Shown here: one piece after another, positions 1 through 12,965 of the stretch
Numbering within the stretch: position 1 is the stretch's first letter
How the letters are laid out: the number at the start of each line of letters is the position of its first letter
NCBI GenBank assembly: GCA_013239625.1
Contig: MU053661.1
Coordinates: 158,308-214,949 of the forward strand
Length of the DNA: 56,642 nt
Direction: 5' to 3'
DNA from: Lama guanicoe
Taxonomy: Eukaryota
Program-made: the position numbers and the translations under genes
The notes under the pieces: generated by a model
Told to the model about the DNA's origin: nothing
Database searches by the model: none
Seen by the model: only the letters and a program-made list of their open reading frames with translations

Positions 1-182
1 TTTTTGTGACTCCCTTGTAAATTTTTGACTTGTGGTTACCCTTTTTTGTAAATCTATTAACCTATACCCGTTTTTAATAAACTGATAATAACATGATCTC
101 AAACCCATCCTACTGTTAAAAAAATTTAAAAAAAGAAAGAAAAAAAATTCTATATTCTACTCTGCCATCTTGCCCGGAAGTC
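1..182 (-). mobile_element. LINE-1 5' end: 28-nt 5' tip joined directly to inter-ORF-like sequence; runs off the window to the left
   Basis: Reverse complement of 155-182 is GACTTCCGGGCAAGATGGCAGAGTAGAA, 27/28 identical to the L1 start at 56000-56027 and containing the YY1 motif CAAGATGGC. Bases 1-154 on the minus strand read ...GGTAACCACAAGTCAAAAATTTACAA..., resembling cetartiodactyl L1 inter-ORF sequence (from memory). Confidence 0.75.
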
Positions 183-1777
183 ATAATATCTTATTTCTGA
201 AACTTTTCTACGTTAAGTTGTGTAGAGCTAAAATTAAGTTTCAAGCGCCAGGAGTTAAGAGTTTAGGTGGTTCTCTGGGATCGTTATTCAGGGTTGTGTC
301 TAGACACTGCAGGAGTGGCCGAAGCTGGCAGGAAAAGACCCAACCAGGATTTGTCACCCTAGGGTGTCCTCCATAATGGTTCCATGTGGGAGCCCATGAT
401 TGTGTTAACAAGTTGTTAAACACCCCAGCCGCCTGTCAACTTTAAGAAGAAAAAATGTGCTTAGTAAGTGCTTTTAAGCAAGCACCTGTGCATTCACACT
501 CCTGTCTCCTTGCCATTAAAAGCAGAGACAATGCCTTGCTTGCATAGTTGAGGTTTTAGATAGCACTCTGCTCATTGCAAAGCAAGGACCCAGGCCCTCA
601 GCTATAAACGCTGGGCCTGCGTGATGTTAGGTAGTCTATTATCCCCAAAACAGGGACCTGGCTGGTCTGGTGGTCTGCTTTGTAATGAACATATCTAAAG
701 AATGTATCTTGTTCCCCTCTCCCCATGACTTCCCTAAATATACACTAAACCTTTTTACTCATGGTGGATTCTACTATCTCTGTCTCATCATGTCTTTCCC
801 CAAGTTCCACTTTACTATCACACAACTGGTAATGAATTTTTCCTTTGATTATATGCAATAAATATGGGAGCATTTGAGAGGCTCGTGGAATTGGCTCCCT
901 AATCCCTCTCGCTTTCTTTCCTTTTTCCACAGTCTTGAGTAATTCATTCCGTGTAGGTAAGACTTCTGCCAGCCAGAACCCACAGTTCCAGGTGAGAAGG
1001 AGGCAGGCTTTATCTCTCCTACCAGAGGGAGAGAGAGAAGATAATTGAGATCTGCTCCCCCTTGGTCCCTTCCTGCCCCAGGGCCACTCCAGTTCACCTG
1101 CAGCCATCTGGCCTCTGCTCACAGGGCCTCTGTCCCAGGACTGACCACAGCCTTTTATTCCCTTGTCAACATTTCCTGTGCCTTTCAGAAGTTGGTCTCT
1201 TCTTTGCAATTCAAACCTGGCAGATGTGATGGTGGTCAGCATGCTGGTGGGCAGGAACTTGGGGACTCCCAGGAGCCATCTTTATTCTCCTGAGACTCTC
1301 ATTCGGGGTTACATAACTGTCGAGAACCGAAGGAAGCCCATTCACGTGAGGTCAACAGAGCATTTCCTCAATTTCATTTTATTTTTGAATTTTTAGTGGA
1401 GAAATTATTTGTAGCAAACTGTTCCAGATATTTGGCCGCCTGCTTTCCTCACCACCATTTCCTTGTTGGCTCTGGTGCTTGTTTTAAGAACCAGGTTTCT
1501 TTGTTCATTTGTAGCAGCTGGACTTGCCGAATCCTTGGTCTGCATTTGAAGCAGAATGCTTCTGCGTGATGTTAAACTGATTCTCCTAGTCACGTCTGAA
1601 TATTTCATGTACACTCAGCAACAGTTTCAAGTGAAATGCTCTTGTCCAATTTCAGTTAACTGATATTTGCTGATCTCCTGCTTTCATGCTGAGGGCAGTT
1701 TCTTCTTCCTGTAATAAAAGTTAGCAATTTGCATTTACTATGGGAAGGTACTGGCCCGAGGTGCTTTTGCTCTTAAC

Positions 1778-2810
1778 AGTTTTAATACAATTCACCCATT
1801 AAAATGTACAGCGGATTTTACTCTATGCCCAGAAATGTGCATCCCAGTCAATCTTAGAACATTTTCATCCCCCAACAGGAAACCCCGTATTCATAAACAG
1901 ACATTCCCCACTTCCCCATCCCCCAGCCCCAGGGAGCGACTCTTCTCTCTCTGTGGATTTGCCTGTGCTGAACATTTCATGCAAATCGAGTCACTTCATG
2001 TAAGTGGAACCGTCTATTTTGACTGAATTCTTTCACACTGAGTAACGATTTCAATGTTTGTCCACGTTGTGGCCTGGGTCATTACCCTATGCTTTCCTAT
2101 TGCTGAATAATATTCCACTGTATGGCTCGACCCCTCTGTTTATCCATTCATCACATGATAGACATTTGGGTTGTTTCTGTTTTTTGGCTCTGAATAGTAA
2201 TGGCGCCATGAATATTCCTGTAGGAGTTTTTATGTGAACATTTGTTTTCAGTTCTCTTACTTGTGTGCCCAGGAAGCAGAATTGCTGGGTCATTCAGAAA
2301 CCAAATGTTCAACTCTCTGAGGACCTGCCAGGCTGTTTTCCAAAGTGGCCACGCTGTGTTACATCCTCACCAGCAAGGGCTGCGTGCTCCGCTTCCTCTG
2401 TGTCCTCATTAGTGCTTGTCACTCTTTTTTTGATTATAACCTATTGTAGTGAGTGTGAAGTGGTTTCTCCTAGTGGTTTTGACTTGATTTCCTTTAGAGC
2501 TAATGTTATTGAACATCGTTTCATTGTGCTTATTAGCCATTTGTTTATTTTCCTTGAAAAATATCTTTTCAGATCCTTTATTAACTTTTTAATTGAGTTG
2601 CCTTTTTATTGTTGAGCTGTGGAATTTTTTTTTTTTTTGAGATACAAATTCCTTATGAGATAAATGATTTTAAAAAATTTTTTCCTAAGTGTTGTTTTTT
2701 CACTTTCTGGATGGTGTCCTTTGAAGCAAAGTTTTAAATTTTAATGAACTCCAATTTATCTGTGTTTTCATTTTTCCTTGTGCTTTTGGGATAATATTTA
2801 ATATCTGAGG
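1778..2810 (-). mobile_element. Old L1M-type LINE-1 3' fragment
   Basis: Typical antisense L1 3' motifs (TATTCCACTGTATGG, TTTATCCATTCATC, GACATTTGGGTTGTTT, ATTGCTGGGTCAT). ORF 2087-2293(-) gives the ORF2 C-terminal-like RELKTNVHIKT...KQPKCLSCDEWIN. Confidence 0.85.
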
Positions 2811-2859
2811 TATTTTATTTAAACTTTTAAATCTAAAATAACTTAATTCTTAGGACCGT

Positions 2860-3010
2860 TCTAGGAGACGGGTGCTGTTGTCCCCAGTCTAGGGATCGGA
2901 GACTGAGATGCAGAGAATTTCACTGAAATATCAGTGTCACAGCTACCCAGTGCTGTGGGAGTTGAGACACTCATGTTTGTCCCCAGCAACTGTGCTCTTC
3001 ACCACCATGC
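2860..3010 (-). mobile_element. MIR SINE relic
   Basis: GGAGACTGAGATGCAGAGA...GTCACAGCTA... core-like motif; boundaries approximate. Confidence 0.5.
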
Positions 3011-4454
3011 TCAACCCTAATGCCTGGAGTCGTTAATGAAAATGTCTTTCCTTTTTTGATTTCTTGTTAGTTTGTTTTCTCATTGGGGACCTCATCTCCT
3101 CATTGTCCTTACAGAGATCAGTGTAGGTTTATTTTAGGTCTCATGTAGGCAAAAGCATTGCTATCAGTTAACTTCTTTATTACTCACTCTGCAGTGATGA
3201 TTGTTGCTAGTTGACCTAATCAAGTCATGCTTAAGTCTTTCCTGCTCATGACACTAAAAACAGTCATGACTCACAGAATGCTCAAAGAAGAAAGTACCTG
3301 ATTGATATTATTTTGCCAACCAATCAAACCAATCAAATAAAAACCCTGGTGTTGACACAGACTCTAAGCCCTCCAGAATAGGGTCACTGTCTTCGTTGTG
3401 TTTCATTTGTTGGGTCACAGTGTCTGGATAGTGTCTTGCTGTCCAGCAGTTTTGTTAAGATAAAGTTTCGTGAATCATTGTAAGGACAGAATTTTGACAA
3501 CAGACTGTGTTGTTCATTTCACGAGGGAAAAGGTAATATAGAATTACTGCTCAGATCTGTTTTAAAATTAAGCTTTGAATTTTGAGAAGATTTCAAGAAA
3601 CCATACAAAGATGTTTTTCACTAATTTTAGATCTTAGACACATTATGGTTACATAGCAGAGTAAACTTATCAACTAGATTTGACAAGAGGAGTGTATTAT
3701 TGATTATTAATTTTAGTTGAAATTTTCTACCTGGGATAAAGTAATCAGTGCCCATAAATGAACAAATATGTTTGTATTTCTATGCAACATGGGAGCAGAC
3801 TTCATATGTTTCTATATAATATATATGACTGTGCATTTTAATCTTTCTGTCAGTGTTTTAATAGCTTTTCAGCAATTTTGTAACTTTAGAATTCTTCTAT
3901 GAAAATCTCCCCTGATTTTAGTGCAGTTTGTACTTTGTATCCTATCTTATGCATGGGATTCCATTCTCCCTTCAGTGAGGAATTTCCTCTCCTATTGAGT
4001 TAGTAGCAGAGTTAAAGGAACTGTGATTTCTAGGCCTTTGCTCTCCATGTGTTTGCAGTTGGCTGTCAATCACGATTTTCCCTTTCCTGAGTTTTCATTT
4101 TTAAATTAGAATTTCTGAAAATAAATATTAATATGTTGCATTGGTCTCCCTAGAAACTTGACGTCTTTGTGCTTTTCAGTTTTCAATTTATGAAAAATGT
4201 AAATGCACTCTTGTTTTTAAGTAGCCCTTTTTCACTAGGTATTTGTTTATCTCTTTATTGATAAAATAATTTTTTCCCAATGAATGAATCGGTGTGCATG
4301 TTTTAAAGGATAACTTACTTTTTATTTTTCTTATTGTAACAGTTATATTCATTGTAGAGAATTTAGAAAATAAGGATAAACACAGTCATAACTTCACAAT
4401 GGCCTCTAATCTCACCTGGAGATACAGTTGTAAGATTTGAAATTAAAAATTACA

Positions 4455-4725
4455 AGTCCTCTCAAGTTGTTCTTCTTTTTCAAGTACGTTTTGGTTACTG
4501 AGACCCTCCAATTCCCATATGAATTGTAGCAGCAGCTAGTCAGTTACTGCAGAGGAGCCCGCTGGGATTGTGAACCATACCACGTTGAGTAAATGGATCG
4601 CTCTGGGGAGCAATCCCTTTTCAAGGGCGCTGTCTTTTGATAGAGGAATGTGCGTGGAGTGTCTGTCCTGGTATTTAGGTCTTCTTTAACTTGTTTTTTC
4701 AACAATGCTTTGAGTTTACAGAGTA
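4455..4725 (-). mobile_element. Old L1 ORF2 fragment
   Basis: CAAGTTGTTCTTCTTTTTCAAG...TTCCCATATGAATTGTAG; the same motif family occurs at 32590-32760 within an L1. Confidence 0.65.
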
Positions 4726-5286
4726 TTATTTTACTTTTTTTTCTTTGCCTTTGTACTTAGGACAAGTGTGCGAGGTACCGGGATCAGAAATGTATTTGAG
4801 CCCCGCAACTTGCTGCCACCATGGATGCTGCGTTCTTGCTTTGCCCGCTGTACAATCTTGCACAGAATAGGACCTCAGTAACTCTCTCTTGAATGAATGA
4901 TTATATGATTGTTGAATGATTCTTGAGGGTAATTGTGATGATTTTTTTTCCCAGCCTTTCCCCACTTTTTAACTATGCTCTTTCTCTTCCTAAACTCCAG
5001 CCTGGGTTTCAGCCTGCCTGTGGCATTGATTGTCCCTGTCTGTGGACTCTTCCTTTCACTGGTTCATGATAATGTTACATGTGGGCTGTGGAAACTTGCC
5101 AGATGTCAAGAAACAGCAAATCCATTGTATGCTACTATTTTTAGAGTGTGTTATTGTTTTACCGATTAAAATAAAATCAGGCTGACCCCCTGAGCCCTCC
5201 CGTGAGCTCTTTTCACCTTCCTACAGCTGATACTGCTCTAGTTGCTGCATGTGCCCTTCCCCCAGCCTTGGTTTTGGAGTTGAGTA

Positions 5287-5497
5287 AGTCACCATCACTG
5301 GAGCCCTCTCTTTAAAAGATGAAGAGAACATTTGCTCCTTCTCCCTGGCTGGGGACTTGAATGAGATGTGGTAACAGATAAAGAATGGAGTCCCAATCAG
5401 TGAAGCCCTCTCTTTAAAAGTTGAAGAGAATATTTGCTCCTTCTCCCTGGCTGGGGACTTGAATGAGATGTGGTAACAGATAAAGAATGGAGTCCCA
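5287..5497. repeat. Tandem duplication, 102-bp unit, about 2 copies
   Basis: AGCCCTCTCTTTAAAAG...GAATGGAGTCCCA starts at 5302 and again at 5404, near-identical. Confidence 0.95.
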
Positions 5498-7236
5498 CCT
5501 CATTCTGACCCCCGTCTTTCCGTTCCTTTCTCCAGGGGAAAAGAGTACAATTCAACAGTATAAAGATTGATTGTGAGCTAATGAGATAGACAAGACAACC
5601 AATCATTTATTAAATATCCTTTTATGATAGAAACAAATGTATTATACGCACAAACAGCACACAAATCACGGTAGTACCGTGGTTACAAACGTGGGTCCGA
5701 GTTCGAGTCCTGGTCTGGAGAGACCAGTCCTGTGAGATGGAGAACTGGTAGGTTGGCTTAGCCCCTCCAGGACTGGTTTTCTGTTCTGCAGAGACAGGGC
5801 TCACCAGGCGTCCCCCCCATAGAGGTGCTGAGGGGTGTAAGTGACTCGCGTGGGCAGCCCGAGCACAGCTGCTCATTCCTCATAAGTGCAGGATGGCATA
5901 GCTTGTGCGGTGACGGCTTTATGACCGCCTCGTGAAGACTCTCAGTGCTCTGAAGGGATGCCTTGTGGTTGGAGATGGGATTCTCACTTCTGTAAATACC
6001 CAAGGATTGTGTTATTGGGCCCTGCTTTTTGAATCTTTTCTTAGAAAGTGCATATTGTAGATATATTTTTCAAGCATGCGTGCTTTTTTTCTTTTACTAT
6101 TTAAAATTCTACCCTCTCATCTCTTGGTGTGACTTTTCATGGAATCCAGGAAACAGTCCTAAGCTACCTGCCTCTTCACACTTTTCCATAGTGATTTCCT
6201 TCCCTGACTAGAAGAGGGTTTTGCATAGGAAATTTTATTTGTTCCCCTTTTCTTGGAGTCTCTCTGTCTGTCCATCTCTCACCTCTCAATCTGTCCATTT
6301 ATCTACCCACTCATTCTTCTGACATATTCCAAAACGCATTTCAGGCAGCTTACAGAAGAACAGCTCTCAAATAAACAGGTGAGAAAATGGGGCCAACTTC
6401 ATACAGTGAGGCTTGGAGGCGAGCCTGTATGAGGGTTGTATGCGTGAGACAGATGCCTCTTCCCTATGACTTACAAGATGGACAGCAAGAGTGTGCCTGA
6501 GGCTCCCAGCAGACACAGGGAGACAGGGTTTGTGGGAGATGCTCACTGGCTGTGAAATAAATAAGTGGCTGAGCTACTTAGGCTTAGAAGAATATTTTGA
6601 GTGTCTTTCAAAATCGGAGTATTGCATCTTTTCTTTTGTGAGAGTTCTACGTATAGTTGGTTACATTCTATACCTGGAAGTTTCTCCAAAATTACTCCCC
6701 ACGTGAGTCCCATGGCTCAGGAATGGGGTGGTTCTGCTCATTGACGGGGGTTGGCCAGAAACAGAAAATGACAGCCTCAAAGGGGCCTGGGATTTGTCAG
6801 TTATGTTTTGTCAGTGCTGTAGAGTTCAAAAAATGCTTTCACAGTTTCTCTCCATCTGAGGCGGCAGCGTGCTCTCTTACCAGCATCAGGAGCTCAGGGC
6901 CACGGGATGGTGTAGGCTGACTGCACTGCCGTCAAGACAGCTGAGCTAGTCACGGCAGGTGTGGTTCTTTTACATACGGCATTTCACGTTCTTTACTAGA
7001 ATGTTTCAACAGGGAGTTAATTAACTGAGTTAATTAATATTTAATAAATATGATCTTTGTTGAAAAGACAGTTATAGGCAGAATATAAGCTGTGAAGACT
7101 TTTAAAACGGTTTCATTACTGAAATTTCATTTGGAAAGATACACAGTTTATCTTATATATGCCTCTCTTTTAAAGTAAGAAAGAAACAAGACAGAAAAAG
7201 CAGAGGATGATTTCTGTTCTTCCTCTCGGCTTGCAG

Positions 7237-7357
7237 GTGCCCTCACCCCCAGTAGCATCCATCCAGACACCAGCACTGACACTGGCCGTGCTCAGAACTG
7301 CCTCAGCCCTGAAGACACATCTGACAAATGGAAGGGGGCCGCGCCCTGTTACAGCAG
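7237..7357 (+). pseudogene. TRAPPC9: TRAPPC9-like duplicate (upstream copy A), exon 6 homologue
   Basis: Polypyrimidine tract plus TTGCAG acceptor; GT donor at 7358. Translates as (G)[39 protein letters not shown] versus recalled human [40 protein letters not shown]. Length 121 nt, 1 nt shorter than the 122 expected from the peptide. Confidence 0.9.
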
Positions 7358-8509
7358 GTGCTCTCACTTTGTGGGTCCTTATGTAACTGCGCGGTGTTAT
7401 TCAGGATCGCCCTTTCTACACTTTATGATTGCCTTGTCTCCTAGTTACTTGTTTCTCTAAGTATTCTTGTATTATTCTCCAATGCGTGATAACTATACAC
7501 CTAAAAATGCTTTTTTCAGATGAAGAAGAATGTGCATTTAAAATAATAAGTCTGAAAAAGGGAACAAAAGATGCTATCCTTGTCCCGCTATTCAAAGATA
7601 ATAATTAACACGCTAACTTCTTTTTTCTGTTCTTTTCGTCAGCGTGTATCACCTCTGTCATAAAAAACCAGAGAGCACTCTGTGCCTGTTTTCTGTGTGG
7701 ACACCTCCAGTTTCCATTCGGCTTATTATATGTTTTTCTACAATATTCTATCTCCCCTGGCATGATTTTTGATGACCAGTATAGCATTCTGTCTTGTGGA
7801 GGCATCGTCCGCTTTACTACAGACTTAAATAAACTTTTAAATTCCAAGTATACTTAACTGAAATACTGAAAAGAGAACTGTGGTGGTACAGGAAGGCCCC
7901 TGCCGCCCTTCCCCTTATTTCCTGAGAGTTAAAGCTGTTGACAATGTGGTATATACATTTCATGACCTTAACGCCTATGGCATACATATATACACACATA
8001 TGAGAATTCCATGTATACGTGTGTGTATATATGCTTTATTTAAAAATGAGACCATATTATATGTTTTTCTGCAGCTCGCTTTATTCACTCAGGTGTATAT
8101 CATAGACGTCCTCCCACTCCAGACTCACCCGGTCCTTTCAGATAGAGTGGAGGGGTCTCCTGATATGCAGGTGTGGTCTCTTGTCCACGGACACCTTTGG
8201 TGGGAGAATGCTGTGGACAAGGCCCTGGACCATGGCGAAACGCCGGCTCCCTCAGTGCTCGCAGCTCGCTGTGATTTACCGCATCATTGTCTTGATGGTG
8301 GACAGTTAAGTTTTCTCCATTTTCCACTGTCAGAAAGGATGTTTGACTGGCATCCTTCTTGAACAGACATTCCTGTGATCTTGAATGAGTATTCCTTTAG
8401 TTAAGGCTAGGCTTCTGGAAATTTAGTCCCTGGATGTGACATTTACATTCATCACGGGCTCCTTTCAAGTGACTCTAGAAATTCCTTCTCCATTGGGGAA
8501 TGAAAAGAT

Positions 8510-10040
8510 GCACAATTACTTATGTAACCAATTCTCTATCGCTGGATATGATTTCACTTCTGTTTTTCTTCCCACCATTCTAAACAGTGCTGTGTAAATG
8601 CCCTGATGGGTACATCCTTTTGGACTGAATCTTTTTTTTTCCTAAAGGAAACGATTCCTAGAAGTGGTGTTGAGTCAGTGTGTACGTACGTTTATCAGAG
8701 TTTACATATCCATTGACATGTCTTCCTCCAAAAATGTTGCTCATGGTTTGTTCTCCCACAGATGGACACTAGCTAGAATATCTATTAAAAATATTTGCCA
8801 ATATGATGAGCAAAAGTGCTTTTTCATTGTTTTAGTTTGCATTTGATGACGAGTGAGATATTTAGCATTTTTCTCTCATTAGCCATTTGACTTTTTTAAA
8901 ATGAATGATTCCTTTTATCTTTGCACACATTTAAGTGAGGGAGCTTCTTGTTACTTTGTCACAGCTCTTTGTATGTTATGAACATTAACATCTTGTCTTC
9001 AACATGTATCACAGAGCTTTTTCTTGTCATTTCTTGCCTTTCATTTTGTTCAGGAGTTTTTTTATTTTGGTTGTGTCTCAAAATATTCTTATGATAGTAA
9101 GTGACTTCCTTATGGGTTTTATCTTTGACATTATTCTTAGAAATACTTTCTTATAATGGAATAAATCTCTTCCATAGGTATTTTTAAATCTCTAAGATGG
9201 AGATGATAATAGTACTTGTTAATGTAAGGGTAAGTTGAGTTAATAAGAGCAAAGTGTTGTATTTGCTGTTATTAGTACTTTTTAATATTTACATCACTGT
9301 CTGTAATTTATCTTGTGGTCCTTATGACAGGAATAGAATTTGTCCTTTCCAGGGGATTCTCTGATTGTACCAGGACAATTATTGAAGTCATACTTTTCTT
9401 TTTGATTTGAAATCCCACCTGTACAAAATACTTATGTACACTAGAGTCTCCTTTTGAGCTCATGGTTCCCTTCTGTCAATCTGCCTTACTTACTCCAGCA
9501 CCATATCTTACATATTGTAAAAATTTATTTAATAATTGGCAGTCTGATTTTTTTTTATTCTTTTCTTCCATCCCAAATTTTCTTGTCTAATATTAGGACT
9601 TTATTATTCCTGAAGAATTCCAAAATATTTTGTTCAAGTTAAAAAAAACAGATTTGGGTTTTCATGGGGTTTTTTAGTAAATTTTTAAATTTTTTAATTA
9701 GAAATTTCATCTTTTCAAAAATGCTTTTCCCCCTGCAAAATTTTTATGTCTCCTCATTCACACCTCCTTACTTTACAGTCCTGAAGTTTCTCCATTTAGA
9801 ACATGGACATTATTTTTGAATTTATTCCAGATTATTGTTTATGTTTTTGTCAATTTTGTAAGTGAGGATTTTTTGCTATTATATTTTTAAATGCTTAAAA
9901 CTGACATTTAGAAAGGAAGATTCGGTTTGTAAATACTCACTTTGTAACTTGTCATTTAAAATTGTAAGTATTAAGAACTTGTTCCAGAATCCTTTCTTCT
10001 TTGTTTTTAAAAATTTGTGTCCAAGTTTATCAAAATGTTC
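8510..10040 (-). mobile_element. Highly decayed ancient L1 (L1ME-like) fragments
   Basis: T-rich tract with degenerate antisense L1 motifs (CATTGTTTTAGTTTGCATTT, ATTAGCCATTTG, GCACCATATCT). Subfamily and boundaries uncertain. Confidence 0.55.
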
Positions 10041-10908
10041 ATAGCTATGTAGTACAGGTGGGGAGACACATGGAGAGAGGTAGTGTAGCTCATGTACAAA
10101 CTGTGAGCAGATTCATGGCTGCCTTTAGGCTGGAGAAGCCACAGAAGAGCCCAGGTTAGACCAGGGATGGCTTTGTATGCACTTGAAAGCCAGCTTTCCT
10201 GCCTGTATGGTGAAGCCTGGTGGGTGTGGCAGGAAGATGATCAAGGTCTGATCAAGGTGATTGGCTGCACAGAGCGCTGTGTATGTGAGAACTGGTGACC
10301 ATCGCCATGGGAAATGCTTGGTGCCAGGAACACTGCAGGGGAGCAGGGGAGTCTGTGTGTTAAGGATTTTCCAGTCCTGGAAGTTGGAAGATCAGACTCT
10401 GCATTCAGATCTGAGTTTGAATTAGTCCTCTTTAGTTTACTGGTCCTCTGACATTTGTCAAGTTATACATCCTGTTTGAACTCCTGCTTTCTTGTCTCAC
10501 TAAACAGGAGAATTACGGCCTGCTGCTAGAGTGTTTGATCAGGGTAAATGATTTGTGTCTATAAGATGCCACGTACAGTCACAAGCTCACTGAGAAATGA
10601 GCATCGCCTCTTCCAACTCAGTGCTCGATAAGTCATCAGGGGAAAGCAAGTCCCTAATTTGTATGTGGTGCAAGGAAGAACAAAACTAACGTCTTGCCTT
10701 TCCCTGGCAGTATTCTTACTTCTTTGCTTCATGTACCTCTTTCCTCCTTTACTCTCCCTTTTCACCTCCTCCACCAAGAGCCTGAGACTTTCTCAGAACA
10801 CTATATTCAAATTACTTTAAATGTTGGCTCATCCTCATGAAATGATAGTGACATAAAAAAACTGTACACATCCCGGACTTGATTGTATTTGCTTTACAAA
10901 CGCACACG

Positions 10909-10909
10909 T

Positions 10910-10942
<33 letters not shown>
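10909..10942. repeat. (CA)n microsatellite
   Basis: Uninterrupted CA run, read directly. Confidence 0.95.
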
Positions 10943-10943
<1 letters not shown>

Positions 10944-11659
10944 CAGGCTACCTCCCTTTTGCTGAGGAAGAAGTACCACTTTTCCTGGGTTTTCATTTAC
11001 TGAGCGTGAGATCAAAGACTCTTAAGCAGAATTTCGCCTGGCTTCGTGCATGGTTTTTTAAATTGGATTTCTGCTTTGTGTCCATAGAAATATTCTCCTA
11101 TTAGAAGAGAGGAAGTGGAGACATAGATATTCTGCTGAGATATTGGTGTTATCATATTTGAGTTTTAAAGGACTTAAGACAGCATAGAGTCGTAACTTTT
11201 TATGAGTGAGAATCCATGATGGTGTAACTTGGACAAGAACCTGGGTCTCCTGCCATCGTGTCCACGCAGGTGAAAAGGCAACTGGGCAGGGGACTTCGGG
11301 GATCCTTCTTGCTTGAGTTCCAGGGTCTTGCTAGTTTTCATTGCTCAGCTGCCTTTAGTTTATGTCCATGTGGCCTCTCATGGGAAGGTCACTCTGTCCT
11401 GATAGACTGAGTTACTAATCAGCAAAAAGCTCTGGACCTACTCATATTTTCCAGAGTTTTTCTGCTGACCTGCTGACACTTTATATAAATGAGACCTAAG
11501 AAACTACTGGATATAAAATCCTTATTGTTATCATTTGCCCTCGAGTTCCATAGGAATGGGGTGCTGTCTCAGGCTGTCTAAGGCTAGATATGAACAAAGA
11601 TAGGGTGATAGGCTGTGCTGCTGGACCCTCTCCAGTCGAATGGGATTTCCACCTTAGTT

Positions 11660-11830
11660 TTTAGAATCAGGCAGATTAGTTCAAATCTTGTGTTTACCAG
11701 TTATTAGCTTTGTGACCTTGGGGAAGTAACTTTACTATTTTGGGGTCCAATTTTCTTCATCTGTAAATAAGTTCAGTATTTATTTTAGGGTGTTTGTTTT
11801 AGAATTGAATGAGCTAATTCCCTCATTTAT
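11660..11830 (+). mobile_element. MIR SINE
   Basis: GTTCAAATCT...TTATTAGCTTTGTGACCTTGGGGAAGTAAC...TTCTTCATCTGTAAA, the MIR core. Confidence 0.8.
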
Positions 11831-12427
11831 TCCTCAAATACTGATCACATGGTTCTATGCTGGTGCCTTAGTAGTTGATTACTAAGGGACTCAGCAGAGA
11901 GAATGGGGGTGGGGCCCCCTGGATCATAGAGCTTATATTCCAGGATATGCTTGTAAAAGACTGGATTGCAGTGGGTTTTTAGTAAATGTCCATTCCTATC
12001 CTAATCCCCATTGATTGTGTATATATCTTTATACAAATATATGAACAATTTTTTTTTGCAATTTCAATCTCTGTAGTATTTAAAGAATGTAGCTATAACA
12101 AAAATACATGAAATAAAATGATTTGACTTTTATTTTCCTTTCAATAAGCAAAGCAAAATAAAAAGGAATAGAAAAGAAAAAGTATTGAAGGAGTAGAAAT
12201 AATTTTATTTCTGTGGAATCAACTCCCAATGTTAGGTTTTTCCGTTGTGTTGTTAAACAGCATATAAAATTGACAGGTTGTGACTTCAGTGTTGATAGCT
12301 GGGTGAGTATAGTTTCTTTTTGTGGTTGTCTTTGATGAATTATTTGCACTAGATCATAAATGATGTGCACGTGACATATTGGAAACGAGGAAACAGTGCA
12401 GACATACTACCTCCAATGCAGTCATTT

Positions 12428-12965
12428 TGTTACCGAGTCCAAACTCGTTCTACTCGCCACATGACAGGCCAATAAACCGGGAGATGAGGTGTTGGAGCAA
12501 GGAATAGTGACTTTATTTGCAACACTGGCAGACCCAGAAGACGGCAGACTGATGTCCTGGAGAAACATCTTCCCCAAGTCAGAATTCAGTTTCCTTTTAT
12601 ACTAAAAAGGGGCGGGGTTGTGGTTGGTTGTTGCATACTTCTTGCTGTATGAATTGTTTGTCCTTTGAATCCGCTGTTCTTGCAGCTGTCCATGTGGATC
12701 AAATCTTGGTGCCCCTGTAAAACCTCCAAAAAAAACAAAGGCTATTCTCTACTTTGCAACTTGCCACCTCTACAGAAGTGCAAATGAGCTAACAATTTTA
12801 AAGATCAGGGTCTGGAGAATAGGCTTCCCTGTAGATTACAGGCTAAAGGCAATTTTCTTTTACAGATGGTTCAGAGCTACCAAGTCTGAGCCTAGAAAAC
12901 AGGGCACAGGTTTAAAGCCAAAGAAACAGATCTAACATAGGGTCAAAATTGTTATTTTTATTACA
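12428..12965 (-). mobile_element. ERV LTR, family X (probably solo)
   Basis: TG...CA termini; TATAAAA (~12595) and AATAAA (~12512) on the minus strand; flanks ATTT/ATTC (imperfect 4-bp TSD). Homologous to 37489-37972 in the opposite orientation. Confidence 0.85.

Noticed and set aside
1189..1346. Possible exon (AG...GTGAGG), considered as TRAPPC9 exon 4
   Set aside because: No convincing match to the recalled exon 4 peptide in any frame.
7520..7598. Exon-like segment DEEECAFKIISLKKGTKDAILVPLFK after TTTTTTCAG
   Set aside because: No GT donor at its end and no similarity I can recognise to TRAPPC9 or another protein.
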